Source: an uncultured Phycisphaerales bacterium (GTDB taxonomy: Bacteria > Planctomycetota > Phycisphaerae > Tepidisphaerales > Tepidisphaeraceae). From it: 64,000 nt of DNA. The position numbers and the translations under genes were made by a program. Each line of letters starts with the position of its first letter. Position 1 is the first letter of the stretch. Positions 60,858 through 64,000 of the stretch are shown one piece after another. The notes under the pieces were generated by a model, which saw nothing but the letters and a program-made list of their open reading frames with translations, did not search any database and was not told where the DNA came from. Location: the NCBI GenBank assembly GCA_963758525.1, contig CAVWVQ010000002.1, positions 288,001-352,000 of the forward strand, in the 5' to 3' direction.

Positions 60858-61907
60858 CTACCTGATTCTCACTTCCCGCCCCTGTTCCGCACTGGCGTAG
60901 ACCGCATCGAGCATCTTCTGCACCATCAGTCCGTGTTCGCCCGGCACCTCGTTGGCCCGGCCGTCCCGGCAGACTTCTACGAAGTGCTGCATCTTGTACT
61001 CGAAGTGATCCCACTTCCCGAGGGTCGGCACCGTGCAATTCATCAGGTAGCCGCCGTGGTCGGTGAAAATCTGCGACGACTCCCAGTTGGCGCCGGCCTT
61101 CTCACCCATGATGGTGATGTTCCAGATGTCCCTTTCAATGTGCGCGGCGAAGCTCGACTCAATCGTCAGCGCGGTGCCGGTGTCAAAGCGAATCATCCCC
61201 ACGGCCAGGTCTTCCACGGTGTAGGTTTTGTAGTCCCACGCCCCCCACGGCGCCAGCGCCTTCATTGGCTTGTTGCCAAGATAGGTAAACGTGCTGCCGG
61301 TGGCGCTGATCGGCTTCGGGGAGCCGATTAGATAATGGGCCGCTTCGAGGCAGTGAACGCCGATGTCGATCATCGGGCCGCCGCCCTGGAGTTTCTTCTG
61401 CCCGAAGACTCCCCAGGACGGAATTCCGCGGCGGCGCAGCGCCTGGGCGCGGACGTACAGGATTTTCCCGAAGTCTCCCGCCACGATCTGATCGCGAATC
61501 ATCTTGCTGCGGGGCTCGAAGCGATGTTGGAACCCGACAATCAGCTTTTTCTTGTTGCGCTTGGCCGCGTCGAGCATTTTCCGGCCCTCCCTGGCGTTCA
61601 TCGCCATCGGCTTCTCGACCATGACGTCCTTGCCGGCATCCAGCGCAGCAACGGTGTGCTCCAGATGCAAGCCATTGGGCGTGCAGACGCTCACCGCTTC
61701 AATGTCGGGGAGAGCTTTGAGCATTTTCTGATACGTCTCGAACGTTTGCGCCACGCCCAGATCCGTGGCCGCAAGGCGCGCAGATTCCTTGATGTCAGCG
61801 GCTCCGACGACATCGGCGCCAGCCACCTTTTTGAGGAGGTTCATCTGAAGCTGTCCGATGAACCCGGTGCCAATGAAGCCGATTTTCAGAGTTTTTGGAT
61901 CGCTCAC
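60858..61907 (-). CDS. Gfo/Idh/MocA oxidoreductase
   Basis: IGFIGTGFIG, VCTPN, VEKP, GGGPMIDIGVH; GTG start after GGAG. Confidence 0.9.
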   Translation of the reverse strand: MSDPKTLKIGFIGTGFIGQLQMNLLKKVAGADVVGAADIKESARLAATDLGVAQTFETYQKMLKALPDIEAVSVCTPNGLHLEHTVAALDAGKDVMVEKPMAMNAREGRKMLDAAKRNKKKLIVGFQHRFEPRSKMIRDQIVAGDFGKILYVRAQALRRRGIPSWGVFGQKKLQGGGPMIDIGVHCLEAAHYLIGSPKPISATGSTFTYLGNKPMKALAPWGAWDYKTYTVEDLAVGMIRFDTGTALTIESSFAAHIERDIWNITIMGEKAGANWESSQIFTDHGGYLMNCTVPTLGKWDHFEYKMQHFVEVCRDGRANEVPGEHGLMVQKMLDAVYASAEQGREVRIR

Positions 61908-62050
61908 GTCTGCTCCCGCGCGCTCCATTTCTGTAGCGGCTAACTGTATGGCTCGCACGCGGTAGTCGGGCCGACCGGCGCCCACCCCGGCCCAACGTCA
62001 GCGACGCCGACTGCATCGGAATGACTGCACCGCCAAATCCCTTACCGGCA

Positions 62051-62518
62051 TCACAGCGACGCGACCAGCGCAGCCAGGTCGTCGGTCTTGCGCGGCTCGC
62101 GCATGGCGACTTCCTGGTAGTACGCGATCTTGCCATCTTTCCCGATGATGACGGTGCCGCGTTTGCTGCAGTTGAAAGGCTCCTCGCCGGCCCACATGCC
62201 GTAGGCCTTGGCCATCTTTCGCGTCGGATCGGAGAGCAGCGGATAGGGAATGGCGTACTGCTTCGCGAATGCCGCGTGGCTGAAGGGGCTGTCGCAACTC
62301 ACGCCAAAGACGACGGTATCGGGTCCTCCCTTGATCTGCTCGACACCCGGCCCAAACGTGCAGGCCTCGGTGGTGCAGACGGGAGAGAAGTCCATCGGAT
62401 AAAACAACAGCACGACTTTTTTCCCCAGCAGCGAGGAGAGCGAGATCTTGTTCTTGTCCTGATCCATCAATTCAAACGCCGGGGCGATGTCGCCCGGTTT
62501 TAATGTCGGATTTTCCAT
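62051..62518 (-). CDS. Peroxiredoxin (AhpC/TSA, BCP/AhpE-like)
   Basis: FYPMDFSPVCTTEAC, GVS.D, LLSD, RGT.II. Confidence 0.9.
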   Translation of the reverse strand: MENPTLKPGDIAPAFELMDQDKNKISLSSLLGKKVVLLFYPMDFSPVCTTEACTFGPGVEQIKGGPDTVVFGVSCDSPFSHAAFAKQYAIPYPLLSDPTRKMAKAYGMWAGEEPFNCSKRGTVIIGKDGKIAYYQEVAMREPRKTDDLAALVASL

Positions 62519-62591
62519 CAGTCACTCCTTGTAAGAGGCGACATGGTAAAGTCGCCGGTGGTCACAATCCACGGTTCTGCGGGAAGTTTTC

Positions 62592-63506
62592 ATGCAACGC
62601 GCGCGTCACGTATTGCTTTTTGCCAATCCGATCTCCGGCCGCGGGCGCGCAAAGGCGCTTGCCGCGCTGATCGCGCGCCGCTTGCGCCGCGATGGATACC
62701 ACGTCGACACGCACTATGAGCCGCCCGAGCAGATCACCCCGGATCGGCTGACCGAACGTGCTCGCGCCGCGGTTGTGATCGGCGGCGACGGAACACTGCG
62801 AACCGTCGCCGATCGGTTGCTCAGGGCCTCCCACCCGCCCCCGTTGATCCCGGTGCCGATGGGAACCGCGAATCTGATGGCGCGCCAGCTTCGCATGCCG
62901 CGCATCTCCGCCGCGTCGGCCGCAAGCTGGGTGAGCGGTGCGCTGCAATCCGGCGACATTGTCCGCTTTGATGTCGCCCGTGCGAATCAGAAGCTGTGTT
63001 TGCTGATGGCGGGAATCGGGTTCGACGGGGAAATCGTGCATGAACTGGCAAAATCGCGGCGCGGCCCGATCCGGTTTGCCAGTTACGTTCTTCCCGCGGC
63101 GCGGGCGTTTGCGTCATACCGGTTTCACTCCCTGCGCGTCTTTGCCGACGGAAAGAATGTCTTTCCCGGCCGGCCGGCGATCGCGTTCGTCGGCAACTCC
63201 CCCGAATATGGCACGGGATTTCCAGTGTTGCCCCAGGCCGATCCGCGCGATCGTCTGCTCGATTTGTGCGTTCTCCCCTGCCGTTCGGTTCCAGAACTGC
63301 TTCAATGGGGCCTGGCGGTATTGACCGGGACGCATCTGGCAGGCAAAGGAGTTGTTTCGCTTCGCGCAAAACACGTTCTCATCGAATCATCGCAGCCGGT
63401 GCCGGTGCAGGTTGATGGCGACGCCGCCGGTTACACGCCAGTGGCAATCGACTTGCTTCCCACACAACTCAGCTTTATGGTCCCCGTCAAACAGCCCAAC
63501 CTATGA
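62592..63506 (+). CDS. Diacylglycerol/lipid kinase family protein
   Basis: NPISG, GGDGT, PMGTAN, GIGFDG, QVDGD. Confidence 0.9.
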   Translation: MQRARHVLLFANPISGRGRAKALAALIARRLRRDGYHVDTHYEPPEQITPDRLTERARAAVVIGGDGTLRTVADRLLRASHPPPLIPVPMGTANLMARQLRMPRISAASAASWVSGALQSGDIVRFDVARANQKLCLLMAGIGFDGEIVHELAKSRRGPIRFASYVLPAARAFASYRFHSLRVFADGKNVFPGRPAIAFVGNSPEYGTGFPVLPQADPRDRLLDLCVLPCRSVPELLQWGLAVLTGTHLAGKGVVSLRAKHVLIESSQPVPVQVDGDAAGYTPVAIDLLPTQLSFMVPVKQPNL

Positions 63507-64000
63507 GCGTACTCAATCAGCAACTGCGCGACGCCAGGCTCTTTCTGATCGCCGGCCCGTGTGTCATCGAGTCGGCAGATCTGTGCCTTTCCATCGCGGC
63601 ACATGTCAAAGCCATCTGCGAACGCCTTGGCATTGTTTACGTCTTCAAGGCAAGCTTTGACAAAGCCAATCGCACGAGCAACGCCAGCTTTCGCGGACCG
63701 GGGATGGAGGAAGGGCTCGCGGTGCTCCATCGCGTGCAGCGCGACATTGGCGTGCCTGTTCTGACCGATGTGCACGAAACAGAACAAGCCGCTGCCGCCG
63801 GCGAGGTCGTCGACATCCTGCAGGTTCCTGCTTTCCTTGCGCGGCAGACCGATCTGCTGCTTGCCTGCGGCAAAACCAACCGCGTCGTGAACATTAAAAA
63901 GGGACAGTTCATGTCCCCCGCCGAAATGGGGACGGCCGCGGAAAAAGTGCGGTCTACAGGAAACGCAAGGGTCTTGCTGACGGAGCGCGGCACGTTCTTC
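63503..64000 (+). CDS. kdsA: KDO-8-phosphate synthase (partial, runs off window end)
   Basis: Manual translation: LIAGPCVIES, FKASFDKANRTS, TDVHE, QVPAFLARQTDLL, NIKKGQF, ERG. Confidence 0.93.
   Translation, partial: MSVLNQQLRDARLFLIAGPCVIESADLCLSIAAHVKAICERLGIVYVFKASFDKANRTSNASFRGPGMEEGLAVLHRVQRDIGVPVLTDVHETEQAAAAGEVVDILQVPAFLARQTDLLLACGKTNRVVNIKKGQFMSPAEMGTAAEKVRSTGNARVLLTERGTFF

Overview
GC-rich bacterial chromosome segment, most likely a Planctomycetota (Phycisphaerae/Tepidisphaerales-like) genome. This is inferred from the DUF58-BatA-vWA-prenyltransferase cluster, the repeat families and the ribosomal protein extensions. It holds housekeeping genes (lysC, purA, topA, map, secY, kdsA), the S10-spc ribosomal protein cluster on the minus strand (rpsJ to rplO, without rpmD or adk), an arginine succinyltransferase (ast) operon with an M20 hydrolase instead of astE, a glycoside hydrolase-GT2 fusion with an ABC exporter, and a nitrite/sulfite reductase. 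Intergenic DNA carries at least six palindromic repeat families, a REP-associated HUH tyrosine transposase flanked by its REP doublets, and two identical 143-bp MITEs with 8-bp target duplications that enclose a REPIN. The best candidate for an undescribed system is a translationally coupled three-gene cassette upstream of rpsJ, headed by a stand-alone HYD1-type ADP-ribosyltransferase-like gene. About a dozen genes, including essential ones, are frameshifted, nearly all at GCGC sites. This points to systematic sequencing error, possibly caused by methylation.
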